Shown here: one piece after another, positions 8,148-17,524 of the stretch
How the letters are laid out: each line of letters opens with the position of its first letter
Position numbering within the stretch: the first letter of the stretch is position 1
Assembly: GCA_036005985.1 (NCBI GenBank)
Contig: DASYQB010000262.1
Coordinates: 1 to 35,274 of the forward strand
Direction: 5' to 3'
Origin: Candidatus Methylomirabilota bacterium
GTDB lineage: Bacteria; Methylomirabilota; Methylomirabilia; Rokubacteriales; CSP1-6
DNA length: 35,274 bases
The notes under the pieces: model-generated
Database searches by the model: none
Told to the model about the DNA's origin: nothing
Seen by the model: the letters and a program-made list of their open reading frames with translations, nothing else
Program-made: the position numbers and the translations under genes

Positions 8148-11100
8148 GCTGGCTGAGCCAGCCCACGCTGCTCGCCATCCTCCTCGGCTATCTCATCTTC
8201 CTGTTCCTCGTCGCCTCCGCGGGCGAGACCTTCGCGCGCCGATTGAGCCGCCCGCGAATCCGTACCGTCACCTACGTGCTCGCGGCCTCTGTGTACTGCA
8301 CGGCGTGGACCTTCTACGGTAGCGTGGGCCTCGCCGCCAACCGCGGCCTCGAGTTCCTCACCATCTACCTGGGACCGGCGTGCGTCGCCCTCCTGTGGCC
8401 GCTCCTCCTGCGCAAGCTGGTGCGGGTGTCCAAGGAGCAGCGCATCACGTCCATCTCGGACTTCATCTCCAGCCGCTACGGCAAGTCGGCCCACCTCGGC
8501 ACCCTGGTCGCGGTGCTGGTGGTGGGGGGGATGATCCCGTACATCGCGCTCCAGCTTCGCGCGGTCTCCGCGTCCTTCAGCATGATCATCCAGGAAAGCT
8601 CGGTGTTCCACGTCTTCGATCCCACTCTGCTCGTGGCGGTGACCCTCGCCCTGTTCGGCATCCTGTTCGGGGCCCGTAATCTCGACTTCACCAAGCAGCA
8701 GACCGGCCTCATGACCGCGGTGGCGGTGGAATCCGTGATCAAGCTCGTGGCCTTCCTCGTCATCGGCGTGTACGTCACGTGGGGTCTCTTCAAGGGCCCC
8801 GGGGAGATCTTCGGGCAGATCGTGGGCGATCCGGTGTGGTCCCGTCTCCTCACCCTGGATAAGCCGGAGACCGCCTCCTACGCGCGGTGGGCGGCCATGC
8901 TCCTCATCTCGATGATGGCCGTGATGTTTCTGCCCCGGCAGTTCCACGTGCTCGTCGTGCAGAATCCGCGCGAGCGCGACGTCGACGCGGTGGCGTGGTC
9001 GTTTCCGCTCTATCTGCTCCTCATCAATCTCTTCGTCCTCCCCATTGCCTTCGCGGGTCTCCTCATCTTCCCGGAGTCGGGGGCGCAGGCGGATGGCTTC
9101 ATCCTGCGCCTGCCCCTGCACTTCGATAATCGCCTCGTCTCGGTAGTGGTCTTTCTCGGAGGCTTCTCCGCGGCCACCGCCATGATCGTCGTCGAGTCGC
9201 TCGCCCTCTCCAAGATGATCACCAACGACATCATCCTGCCCATGCTCCTGCGCCGGCGGCAGATGGAGGATGTGTACTGGGTCACCCTCTTCTACACGCG
9301 CGTGGCCATGCTGGGCGTGGTGGCTCTCGGCTTCGCGTGGGCGCGAATGGAGCGGGGGCAGCTTCTCCTCGTCGAGATGGGGCTCTTGTCCTTCGTGGCG
9401 GTGAGCCAGTGCGCGCCGGCTATCCTGCTGGGCCTGTACTGGCGCCGCGGCAACCGGCGGGGCGCCGCGGCGGGGATCTCCGCGGGGTTCGCCCTGTGGT
9501 TCTACACCCTGACCATTCCCGCCCTCGTCAAGGAGGGCGTGGTGTCACCCTCCGTCCTCACCGAGGGCCCGTGGGGCATCGGCTGGCTGAATCCCACCGC
9601 CCTCTTCGGCCTGACCGGTCTCGACGCGACGACCCACGGGATCTTCTGGTCGCTCTTCGTCAATCTCGCCCTCTTCGTGCTCGTGTCCCTCTTCACCGAG
9701 CAGGACGCCGACGACCGCGCCCAAGCCGCGGCCTTCGTGGGCGCGGCAGGGGAGGAACGCCAGCCCGCGGGCGCCCCGGCCATCCTGTCCGCCACCGAGA
9801 TCGAGCGGCTCGTGCATCACTACGTGGGCGACGAGGAGGCGGAAGGTCTCGTGCGCGACCTCTTCCGCGGCAAGTCGCCCGCGGATCTCTCAGTTCCCGA
9901 GCTGCTCGAGCTGCGCATCCGGTTCGAGCGGCTGCTCGCCGCTTCCTTGGGGGCGGCGGCTGCGCGCATGATCGTGGAGGACCGGTTCACCATCTCCAAG
10001 GACGAGGCCGAGCAGCTGGTGACGTCGTTCCAGCATATGCAGCAGTCGCTGCGTCTGACCGAGGAGGAGGTGCGGCGGGGCGAGCGTCTCCTCGCCTCGG
10101 TGGTCCAGAGCGTGGACGACTGCATCTTCACTACCGGCGTCGATGGCCGGCTCGTCACCATGAATCCAGCCGGCCAGCGTCTGCTCGGCCACCGGGAGCG
10201 TCGGCTCGGCCGTCTCGACGTCCAGGATCTCCTCGGCCAGGAGGAGCGCGGACGGGCGGCCAAGGCCATCGTGCCCGCCGTGGAGGCTGGACAGGGGTGG
10301 AGCGGACAGGTGACCGCCCGCACCGCGAAGGGTCATACCTTTCCCGCCTACCTTTCGGTGCGGTGCATCTTCGACGCGGGGGGGCAGATCATCGGCACGG
10401 TGGGCGTGCTGCGCGACCTCACCGAGCAGGTGGAAACGCAGCGGCGGCTCATCCAGCGGGAGAAGCTTGCTTCGCTGGGCGAGATGGCGGCGGGGGTGGC
10501 TCACGAGATCAGGAATCCGCTGGGCGGCATCAAGATGGCGACCAACCTCCTTTCCACCGGGGACCTCGGCGGCGGCTCGCTCTCGCAGGAGATGGCGCGC
10601 TCCATCCTGTCCGGGATCGGCGAGATCGAGCGCATCATCAACAGCCTGCTCGACTTCACTCGGGACACGAAGCTGGAGCGCGCGGAGTACGAGGTCGCGC
10701 GCATCCTCGATCCCGTGGTGGAGGCGGTGGCGGCGGAGGGACGGCTGCGCGGGGTCGAGATCGACTACGGGCGCGCGGATCGGGAGGTGGTGGCATCCGC
10801 GGACGGCCAGCGGCTGCGCCAGGTCTTCGCCAACGTCACGAAGAACGCGCTGGAGGCGATCGATCCGCGCCGTACCGACGGGCGGGTGGTCATCAATCTC
10901 TTCGCCGAGGAGGAGCGGGCGGTGGTGGAGATCATCGACAATGGCGGAGGCATCACCCTCGAGGACCGGGAGAAGATCTTCCTGCCCTTCTTCACCACCA
11001 AGCCCTCGGGCACGGGCCTCGGCATGGCCATCGTGAAGAAGATCGTGGATCTGCACGGGGGCGACATCGGCATCGAGAGCACGCCGGGGCGGGGCACGCG

Positions 11101-11161
11101 GGTGCGTATCTCCCTGCCCGCGGTGGCTCTCACCCAGCCCATCGGAGGAGGCAAATCATGA
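8144..11161 (+). CDS. Sensor histidine kinase with an N-terminal sodium:solute symporter (SSS/SLC5) domain, linker (STAC-like), PAS and HisKA/HATPase domains (CbrA/CrbS-like)
   Basis: 1005 aa. About 500 aa are polytopic and SSS-like. A PAS region follows (VVQSVDDCIFTTGVDGRLVTMNPA). H-box MAAGVAHEIRNPL, N/G boxes DNGGGI and GTGLGMAIV. There is no receiver domain. Confidence 0.9.
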   Translation: MSWLSQPTLLAILLGYLIFLFLVASAGETFARRLSRPRIRTVTYVLAASVYCTAWTFYGSVGLAANRGLEFLTIYLGPACVALLWPLLLRKLVRVSKEQRITSISDFISSRYGKSAHLGTLVAVLVVGGMIPYIALQLRAVSASFSMIIQESSVFHVFDPTLLVAVTLALFGILFGARNLDFTKQQTGLMTAVAVESVIKLVAFLVIGVYVTWGLFKGPGEIFGQIVGDPVWSRLLTLDKPETASYARWAAMLLISMMAVMFLPRQFHVLVVQNPRERDVDAVAWSFPLYLLLINLFVLPIAFAGLLIFPESGAQADGFILRLPLHFDNRLVSVVVFLGGFSAATAMIVVESLALSKMITNDIILPMLLRRRQMEDVYWVTLFYTRVAMLGVVALGFAWARMERGQLLLVEMGLLSFVAVSQCAPAILLGLYWRRGNRRGAAAGISAGFALWFYTLTIPALVKEGVVSPSVLTEGPWGIGWLNPTALFGLTGLDATTHGIFWSLFVNLALFVLVSLFTEQDADDRAQAAAFVGAAGEERQPAGAPAILSATEIERLVHHYVGDEEAEGLVRDLFRGKSPADLSVPELLELRIRFERLLAASLGAAAARMIVEDRFTISKDEAEQLVTSFQHMQQSLRLTEEEVRRGERLLASVVQSVDDCIFTTGVDGRLVTMNPAGQRLLGHRERRLGRLDVQDLLGQEERGRAAKAIVPAVEAGQGWSGQVTARTAKGHTFPAYLSVRCIFDAGGQIIGTVGVLRDLTEQVETQRRLIQREKLASLGEMAAGVAHEIRNPLGGIKMATNLLSTGDLGGGSLSQEMARSILSGIGEIERIINSLLDFTRDTKLERAEYEVARILDPVVEAVAAEGRLRGVEIDYGRADREVVASADGQRLRQVFANVTKNALEAIDPRRTDGRVVINLFAEEERAVVEIIDNGGGITLEDREKIFLPFFTTKPSGTGLGMAIVKKIVDLHGGDIGIESTPGRGTRVRISLPAVALTQPIGGGKS

Positions 11162-12561
11162 AGCAGCGTTTGCTGCTCGTCGACGACGACGAGGTATTTC
11201 TCCGCCCGTTGCACCGGACCCTCGAGCGGGCGGGCTACGAGGTGTTGCCAGTCCAGAGCGGCGAGGAAGCCCTCGACACCCTCAAAGGCGAGGACGTGGA
11301 TCTCGTGCTCACCGACCGGCGACTGCCCGGCATGGACGGAGTGGCCCTCGTGCGCCAGATCAAGATGGATCATCCGGATCTGGCGGTGGTGGTCATGACG
11401 GCCTACGGAACGATCGAATCCGCGGTGGAAGCGATGCGGCTCGGCGCCGAGGATTATCTGGTCAAGCCGTTCGAGGCGGCCGAGATGCTGCTGGTGATTC
11501 GTCGCGCCATCGAGTTCCAGACCCTCAAGTCGGCCAACCGACGCTCCATCCGCCGCAACCAGGAGCGCTTCACCTTCAGCAACGTGGTAGCGCGGAGCGC
11601 GCCCATGCAGGGGGTGTTCGACACGCTCCGCTCCGTGGCCGACCTCGACACGACGGTGCTGATCTACGGCGAGACGGGGGTGGGTAAGGAATTGCTGGCC
11701 CGCTCCGTCCACTTCTCGGGCGCGCGGCGCGACCGTCCGTTCGTGGCCGTCAACTGCGCGGCCATACCCGCGGAGCTCTTCGAATCCGAGCTCTTCGGAT
11801 CACGGAAAGGCGCCTTCACCGGGGCCAGCGAACATCGGCGGGGCCACTTCCAGATGGCCCACGGGGGCACCCTTCTCCTCGATGAGATCGGGGAGATGCC
11901 GCTTCACCTCCAGAGCAAGCTTCTGCGGGCCATCGAGGAAAAGAAGGTCACCTCGGTGGGCGCCGACCGTCCCGTGGACATCGACGTGCGCTTCATCGCC
12001 ACCACCAACAAGGATCTCCAGGGCGAGGTGGAGCGTGGCGCTTTCCGCCGAGATCTCTTCTACCGGCTGTCCGTGATGCCGGTCCGCGTGCCCGCGCTCC
12101 GGGAGCGGTTCGAGGATATTCCCCTCCTCGCGGAGCATTTCCTGCAGGAGCTGGCCCGCCGGCTCAAGCGGGCGGTCAAGAGCATCGCGCCGGAGAGCCT
12201 GCAGGCGCTTCTCCGCTACCCGTGGCCGGGCAATGTGCGAGAGCTCGAGAACGTCATCGAGCGGGCAGTCATCGTGTCCAAGGGCGAGGTGCTGACCGAG
12301 CTCGAGCGGTTCTTGATCGGCCCCGGAGGGGAGCAGGCGCCGGTGGACCTGTCGCTGTCCTTCCGCGACGCCAAGGCGCGCGTGGTAGAAGAATTCGAGC
12401 GGGCATACGTGGCGGGGCTTCTGGAGGCGCACGGCGGCAAGCTGACCGCCGCGGCCAAGCAGGCCGACATGGATCCGAAGAACTTCTCCGACAAGATGGC
12501 GCGTTACGGACTGCGCCGCCAGGCCATCGAGGGAGGCGAGAGCGGCGGGCGCGCTACTTGA
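11158..12561 (+). CDS. NtrC-family sigma-54-dependent response regulator (receiver + AAA+ + Fis-type HTH)
   Basis: Receiver domain (LLLVDDD..., DLVLTDRRLPGMDG, KPF). AAA+ domain with GETGVGKE, the GAFTGA motif and ESELFG. C-terminal HTH. An ATGA overlap joins it to the kinase gene. Confidence 0.9.
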   Translation: MKQRLLLVDDDEVFLRPLHRTLERAGYEVLPVQSGEEALDTLKGEDVDLVLTDRRLPGMDGVALVRQIKMDHPDLAVVVMTAYGTIESAVEAMRLGAEDYLVKPFEAAEMLLVIRRAIEFQTLKSANRRSIRRNQERFTFSNVVARSAPMQGVFDTLRSVADLDTTVLIYGETGVGKELLARSVHFSGARRDRPFVAVNCAAIPAELFESELFGSRKGAFTGASEHRRGHFQMAHGGTLLLDEIGEMPLHLQSKLLRAIEEKKVTSVGADRPVDIDVRFIATTNKDLQGEVERGAFRRDLFYRLSVMPVRVPALRERFEDIPLLAEHFLQELARRLKRAVKSIAPESLQALLRYPWPGNVRELENVIERAVIVSKGEVLTELERFLIGPGGEQAPVDLSLSFRDAKARVVEEFERAYVAGLLEAHGGKLTAAAKQADMDPKNFSDKMARYGLRRQAIEGGESGGRAT

Positions 12562-12644
12562 AGTCTCCCGGAAGTTGGTTTAGAAGATAGCGGGCGCTAT
12601 GCCGCGTCCACCCCCGATTCCCACTCATCACGCGAGGCAGGTCT

Positions 12645-14597
12645 ATGGCGACCAAGGCAGCGGCCGGCGGCACCCAGATCGAGGCTCTCCTGAAAGAGAA
12701 GCGCAAGTTTCCGCCTCCCAAGGAGTTCGTCAAGCGCGCCAACATCAATCGCCCGTCGATCTATGCCCAGGCCGCCAAGAACCCCGTCAGGTTCTGGGAG
12801 GGCTTCGCCAAGGAGCTCGACTGGTTCAAGCCCTGGAGGAAAGGGCTCGAGTGGAAGGCGCCTTACGCCAAGTGGTTCGTGGGGGGCAAGCTCAATGTTT
12901 CCTACAACTGTCTCGACCGGCACATCCACACCGCGCGACGGACGAAGGCCGCCCTCATCTGGGAAGGGGAGCCGGGCGACACGCGGACGCTGACCTACTG
13001 GGATCTCTACCGCGAGGTCAACCGCTTCGCGAGCGCGCTCAAGCGGGCGGGAGTGAAGCGCGGCGATCGCGTGACCATCTACATGCCCATGGTGCCGGAG
13101 ACGGCCATCGCCATGCTCGCGTGCACGCGCATCGGGGCTCCCCACAGCGTCATCTTCGGCGGCTTCGCGCCCGATGCCATTCGCGAGCGGATCCACGACG
13201 CCCAGTCCACCGTGCTCCTCACGGGGGACGGCGGCTGGCGGCGCGGCGGTATCGTGCCCCTCAAGAAAAACGTGGACGAAGCCCTCCAGGACTGCCCCGA
13301 CGTCAAGACGGTGGTGGTGCTCAAGCGCACCGGCCAGCCCATCGACATGCAGGCCGGCCGTGACGTGTGGTGGGACGATTTCGTCAAGGGGGCGGATGCG
13401 CACTGCGCGCCGGAAAAGATGGACGCGGAGGACATGCTCTACCTCCTCTACACCTCGGGCTCGACGGGCAAGCCCAAGGGCATCCAGCACACCACCGGCG
13501 GCTATCTCACTGGCGTCTACGCGACGACCAAGTGGGTGTTTGACCTGAAGGACACCGACGTCTATTGGTGCACGGCCGATATCGGCTGGGTCACCGGTCA
13601 TTCCTATGTCGTCTACGGCCCGCTCGCCAACGGCACCACCACCGTCATGTATGAAGGCACGCCGGACACCCCGGACAAGGACCGCTTCTGGCGCATCATC
13701 GAAAAGCACGGCATCACCATCTGCTACACCGCGCCCACCGCCATCCGCACCTTCATGCGCTGGGGCGACCACTATCCGGGTCGCTGCGACCTCTCGAGCC
13801 TCCGGCTCCTCGGCTCGGTCGGCGAGCCCATCAATCCCGAGGCGTGGGTCTGGTACTGGAAGGTCATCGGGGGCGGCCGCTGTCCGGTGGTGGACACGTG
13901 GTGGCAGACAGAAACCGGACATATCCTCATCACGCCCCTGCCCGGGATCACCGTTCTCAAGCCGGGCTCGGCGACCAAGCCCTTCCCCGGTATCGCGGCC
14001 GACGTGCTCAACGACAAGGGTGAGCCCGCCAAGGCCGGCTACCTCGTGATCAGGAAGCCCTGGCCGGGCATGCTTCGCGGTATCTACAGGGACCCGCAGC
14101 GTTTCCAGGCACAGTACTGGAGCCGCTACCCGGGGATCTACTTCACGGGGGACGGCGCCAAGATCGACGACGACGGCTACTTCTGGCTGCTCGGTCGCGT
14201 GGACGACGTCATGAACATCTCGGGCCACCGCGTCTCCACCATGGAAGTCGAGTCGGCGCTGGTCGACCACCCGCTGGTCGCCGAGGCCGCGGTGATCGGG
14301 CGCCCCCACGAGATCAAGGGACAGGCCATCGCCGCCTTCGTGACCATCAGGGACGGCAATCAGGGCAGCAAGGAACTGATGGAGGAGCTCAAAGGGCACG
14401 TGACCAAGAAGATCGGCGCCCTGGCCCGCCCCGACGACCTCATCTTCGCCTCGGATCTGCCCAAGACCCGAAGTGGCAAGATCATGCGCCGTCTCCTGCG
14501 TGACATCGCAGAAGGCAAGGCTCTCGGAGACACGACCACGCTGGCCGATCCGGCGGTGGTGGCCATGCTCAAGGACAAGTACGGCGAGGAGGAATAG
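12645..14597 (+). CDS. acs: Acetyl-CoA synthetase (AMP-forming)
   Basis: 650 aa. N-terminus typical of Acs ([14 protein letters not shown]...[16 protein letters not shown]), AMP-binding motif [11 protein letters not shown], and C-terminal SGKIMRR. Confidence 0.95.
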   Translation: MATKAAAGGTQIEALLKEKRKFPPPKEFVKRANINRPSIYAQAAKNPVRFWEGFAKELDWFKPWRKGLEWKAPYAKWFVGGKLNVSYNCLDRHIHTARRTKAALIWEGEPGDTRTLTYWDLYREVNRFASALKRAGVKRGDRVTIYMPMVPETAIAMLACTRIGAPHSVIFGGFAPDAIRERIHDAQSTVLLTGDGGWRRGGIVPLKKNVDEALQDCPDVKTVVVLKRTGQPIDMQAGRDVWWDDFVKGADAHCAPEKMDAEDMLYLLYTSGSTGKPKGIQHTTGGYLTGVYATTKWVFDLKDTDVYWCTADIGWVTGHSYVVYGPLANGTTTVMYEGTPDTPDKDRFWRIIEKHGITICYTAPTAIRTFMRWGDHYPGRCDLSSLRLLGSVGEPINPEAWVWYWKVIGGGRCPVVDTWWQTETGHILITPLPGITVLKPGSATKPFPGIAADVLNDKGEPAKAGYLVIRKPWPGMLRGIYRDPQRFQAQYWSRYPGIYFTGDGAKIDDDGYFWLLGRVDDVMNISGHRVSTMEVESALVDHPLVAEAAVIGRPHEIKGQAIAAFVTIRDGNQGSKELMEELKGHVTKKIGALARPDDLIFASDLPKTRSGKIMRRLLRDIAEGKALGDTTTLADPAVVAMLKDKYGEEE

Positions 14598-14808
14598 CCG
14601 GGCTTCGCTATCTCTCCATGTCGCTGCCCTACCACATCGGCAATGGGTGGTTCGGCGGCATGCTGCCGCTCCTTGCCACCGCTATCGTGGCCAAGGTGGG
14701 GAATAGCTGTTCGGGGGTATCCCCATCACCGTCGCCCTTATGACGGTGGTCATTGGGCTCCGTTCGCTGAAGGAGACCGGACACATCCGAATCCAGGACG
14801 AGCCCTGA
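14597..14808 (+). pseudogene. Truncated, frameshifted remnant of an MFS (metabolite:H+ symporter, MHS-type) transporter C-terminus
   Basis: One frame reads [36 protein letters not shown] (14597-14704). The +1 frame continues LFGGIPITVALMTVVIGLRSLKETGHIRIQDEP* (14707-14808). Together they resemble the last two helices and tail of ProP/KgtP/ShiA-type carriers. There is no N-terminal part, because the fragment abuts the acs stop. Confidence 0.5.
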
Positions 14809-15137
14809 TCCCTCAGCGTTCTCAGGGGATTCCGGGCTCCAAAGCCTAGATGGCGTCCGGGGCCGGTGTTTTTTTGCCGGGTCTTCGGCCTCCCCGACCG
14901 GGTCGGACTGGGCCGTTCGTCGCTGGCGTCGCCAAATTTTGGCGGTGCCGTTGACCAATTTTCCTACCTCGGGGAGGCGGTTTGCCCGGTTTGGCAAAGG
15001 GAGACCCCATTCCAGACTCGAATAACTGAGCTTTCCATGCGTCTCTTAGATCGACACCCGCGGCATGGGGCTTGCAACTAGGGTCGGCCAGTCGGGTGAA
15101 GGTGAAGAGCAAGGAAACCTCCCAAGGGGGAAAAGTC

Positions 15138-15548
15138 ATGGACGAGATCAGAAAGAACCTGGAAGCCGAACTAAGTCGGACCGTTGAGCGTATCCGCCAC
15201 ATGGGCGGTGCATCGACGTCCGTGCAGACGATGGGAGCGGTTGGTGATACGAGCCAGCTCGCCGACGAAGTCGACGTGATCCAAGTCAACGAGGATCGCG
15301 AGATGAACTTCGCCACCCGGAGCCTGCTCGTGGAGCGCGCCAACCGCCTCGCCGAGGCGCTCGAGCGCCTGCGTGGCGGCGACTACGGCACCTGTCAGGA
15401 GTGCGGCGAAGCCATTGCACCCGCCCGCCTCAAGGCCATGCCTGAGGTGACCACCTGCGTGCGCTGTCAGGATCGCCTCGAGAAGATGTCGCGCCACCTG
15501 GCATCGGTCGGCGGCTCCGATGAAGGGGACGAATCCGAAGACGACTAG
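15138..15548 (+). CDS. DksA/TraR-family C4 zinc-finger protein
   Basis: 136 aa. A coiled-coil region is followed by CQECGEAI-x-ARL...TCVRCQ (CxxC-N17-CxxC). AAGGGGGA lies upstream of ATG 15138. Acidic C-terminal tail. Confidence 0.85.
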   Translation: MDEIRKNLEAELSRTVERIRHMGGASTSVQTMGAVGDTSQLADEVDVIQVNEDREMNFATRSLLVERANRLAEALERLRGGDYGTCQECGEAIAPARLKAMPEVTTCVRCQDRLEKMSRHLASVGGSDEGDESEDD

Positions 15549-16297
15549 GCAAAGCGTTCCGACCGGTCGATCCGCGCCCGGACCAGTCCAGGCCGGCCGG
15601 TAACGATCCCGTCCACGCGCCAGCCGACGAGCCGGTCCACCAGGGCCGGCTCGTCGGCTTTCCCGACGTAGCATCCCAAGCCGGCTGACCGGATCGCGAC
15701 GACGTCCGGCTGTTCCACCGCTGGCGCGGCCGCGTACACCGCGTCCGCGATGGTAGAAGCCTGGAGCAGTGGATCGAGGGCGCCGCCCCTCCAGGTGACC
15801 ACGAGCCGGATCTCGGGGTTCAGGGCGCGGACCCGCTCCAAGACGTTCGGTTGCGCCGCCTGCACCTGGCAAATCTCGACCGCGTCGTAGATCTCGATGG
15901 TGGAGACGGCTCGCTCCTCGATACCGCTTTCAGCGGGTGCGTCGTCCGGAAGCTCGATCCAGAAGCGCGTCCGGCCACGAAAGCGCTCGAGGACTTCGTG
16001 GAGCGTCTGGATCCGCTGGCCCTCGAAACGGGGATCCTTCCCGCCGCCGGCGTCGAGGCGCTTCAGCTCCCGCACGGTATGCGCGCTCAGCGGCCCACGA
16101 CCGTTCGTGATCCTTTCAAGCCTGGCGGGTCCGAAGACCACGAGATGAGCATCCTGAGTGAGGCGCACCTGGAGTCCGAGGGCATCGGCCCCCTCGCCGA
16201 TCGCGGTTTCGAAGGCGACGATGGTGTGCTCGGGCGCCTCGGCGGACGCTCCGCCACCGGCGATGACGAGCGGCTTGCGCTCAATTGTGTCCGTCAC
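15545..16297 (-). CDS. Glycerophosphodiester phosphodiesterase (GDPD)-fold protein lacking the canonical catalytic residues
   Basis: 250 aa, alignable by eye to UgpQ. IAGGGASAEAPEHT stands where IAHRGxxxxAPENT is expected, LQVRL where IE.D is expected, and VVFGPARLERITNG where LLHDD.L.RT.NG is expected. GTG start at 16297. Confidence 0.7.
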   Translation of the reverse strand: MTDTIERKPLVIAGGGASAEAPEHTIVAFETAIGEGADALGLQVRLTQDAHLVVFGPARLERITNGRGPLSAHTVRELKRLDAGGGKDPRFEGQRIQTLHEVLERFRGRTRFWIELPDDAPAESGIEERAVSTIEIYDAVEICQVQAAQPNVLERVRALNPEIRLVVTWRGGALDPLLQASTIADAVYAAAPAVEQPDVVAIRSAGLGCYVGKADEPALVDRLVGWRVDGIVTGRPGLVRARIDRSERFA

Positions 16298-16953
16298 GAT
16301 CTCCGTGGCACACTCATCGCGTGGGCACGCCCGTCTTGAACGCTGTCCGCCCGTTCCTCCACCTCGGGGCGCGTGTCTACTGGCGAATCCGCTTCGAGGG
16401 AACGGAGCACATTCCCACCGACGGTCCCCTCATCATCGTCCCGAATCACGTCACCTATGCCGATCCCGTCCTCGTCTGTATTCCCGTTCGCTTCGCCGTA
16501 CACTTCATGGCCTGGGACGCGCTCTTCCGGATCCCCGGGTTCTCCTGGCTCATTCGCCGTCTCCGGGCCTTCCCGGTCCAACTCGACTCGGCCGACCCGC
16601 GCTCGACACGGGAGGCGGTACGACTGCTCCAGTCCGGCCAGGCGGTGATGATCTTTCCCGAAGGCGGACGCACGCCCGACGGACGGCTTCAGCGCTTCCG
16701 CCCCGGCGCTTTTCGACTCGCCTGCTCGCTCAAGGTGCCCGTGCTACCCGTGACGATCGTGGGTGGCCACGCCTCCTGGCCGCCGGGACGCATGCTGCCG
16801 AGGCCGGGGAGGCTCCGCATCATTTATCACCCGATCGTCTCGCCTCCGCCCGAGGCCGACGCTCGCGCGGCCGCCCGGACGCTGGCTCGAGAGGTCCGGG
16901 ATGCGATCGCGGCCAGCCTCCCCGACGCGGATCAGCCCGAGGCAGGTGAATAG
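16285..16953 (+). CDS. plsC: 1-acyl-sn-glycerol-3-phosphate acyltransferase
   Basis: H(X)4D motif PNHVTYAD and the FPEGGRT motif. The start is uncertain: TTG 16285 overlaps the divergent GDPD gene, and GTG 16321 is an alternative. Confidence 0.8.
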   Translation: MCPSRSPWHTHRVGTPVLNAVRPFLHLGARVYWRIRFEGTEHIPTDGPLIIVPNHVTYADPVLVCIPVRFAVHFMAWDALFRIPGFSWLIRRLRAFPVQLDSADPRSTREAVRLLQSGQAVMIFPEGGRTPDGRLQRFRPGAFRLACSLKVPVLPVTIVGGHASWPPGRMLPRPGRLRIIYHPIVSPPPEADARAAARTLAREVRDAIAASLPDADQPEAGE

Positions 16954-16976
16954 GGTCAGTGTATACTCTCGGCGGC

Positions 16977-17456
16977 ATGGCACGTTCGTCGGCCACGCGC
17001 GTCCTTGTCCTTCACGGGCCCAATCTGAATCTCCTGGGTACACGCGAGCCGGCCGTGTACGGACGTACCACACTGGCTCAGCTCGATCGCCAGATTCAAC
17101 GTCACGCGGAGAGCCGAGGGGCGGAGGCGGTGTGCCGGCAGTCGAATCACGAAGGTCAGCTCGTGGACTGGATCCAGGGCGCGGGCCGCGAGGGGTTTCA
17201 GGCCATCGTCATGAATCCGGGCGCCCTTACCCACTACTCTCTCGCCCTCCGCGATGCCGTCTCCGCTGTGTCCATCCCCGTCGTCGAAGTCCACCTTTCG
17301 AATATCCACGGGCGGGAGGAGTTCCGACGCCATTCCGTGATCGCCGCCGCGGCACGGGGCCAGATTGCGGGCTTCGGCCCGGCCAGCTACCTGCTGGGCG
17401 TGGACGCGGCACTCCAGTCAGCCCCGCCCGGGCGGCCGTCCCGGCGCCCGCGGTGA
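16977..17456 (+). CDS. aroQ: Type II 3-dehydroquinate dehydratase
   Basis: [42 protein letters not shown] and HLSNIH.RE.FR are hallmark AroQ motifs. Confidence 0.9.
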   Translation: MARSSATRVLVLHGPNLNLLGTREPAVYGRTTLAQLDRQIQRHAESRGAEAVCRQSNHEGQLVDWIQGAGREGFQAIVMNPGALTHYSLALRDAVSAVSIPVVEVHLSNIHGREEFRRHSVIAAAARGQIAGFGPASYLLGVDAALQSAPPGRPSRRPR

Positions 17457-17524
17457 ATGCGGGCCCTCCGTCCGGCGTCCAACCCTAGTCGCGGCGGGAG
17501 GCGCGGGGGCCGCGGCGGATATCC

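Noticed and set aside
12575-12591. A possible sigma-54 promoter for acs (TTGGTTTAGAAGATAGC).
   Set aside because: The GG-to-GC spacing is one nucleotide too long, and the flanking consensus bases (TGGCAC/TTGC) are missing.
14869-14875. A T7 run that could mark a terminator after the acs/MFS remnant.
   Set aside because: The only preceding stem is CCGG-GG-CCGG, whose loop is too small. No stable hairpin lies upstream of the T run.
14940-14954. A near sigma-54 motif, TGGCGG-N5-TTGAC, upstream of the DksA/TraR gene.
   Set aside because: The highly conserved -12 GC is GA here, and the site lies 180 nt or more from the start codon. I treat it as a chance match pending a PWM scan.
16306-16320. 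TGGCAC-N5-TCGC at the plsC 5' end.
   Set aside because: It lies inside the longest plsC ORF and directly abuts the alternative GTG 16321, which leaves no room for a leader. The -12 element is imperfect.
17455-17479. An ECF-type autoregulatory promoter candidate, GAAT-N17-CGTC, upstream of the ECF sigma gene.
   Set aside because: The -35 element lacks the conserved AAC core, and CGTC is frequent in GC-rich DNA. The support is insufficient.
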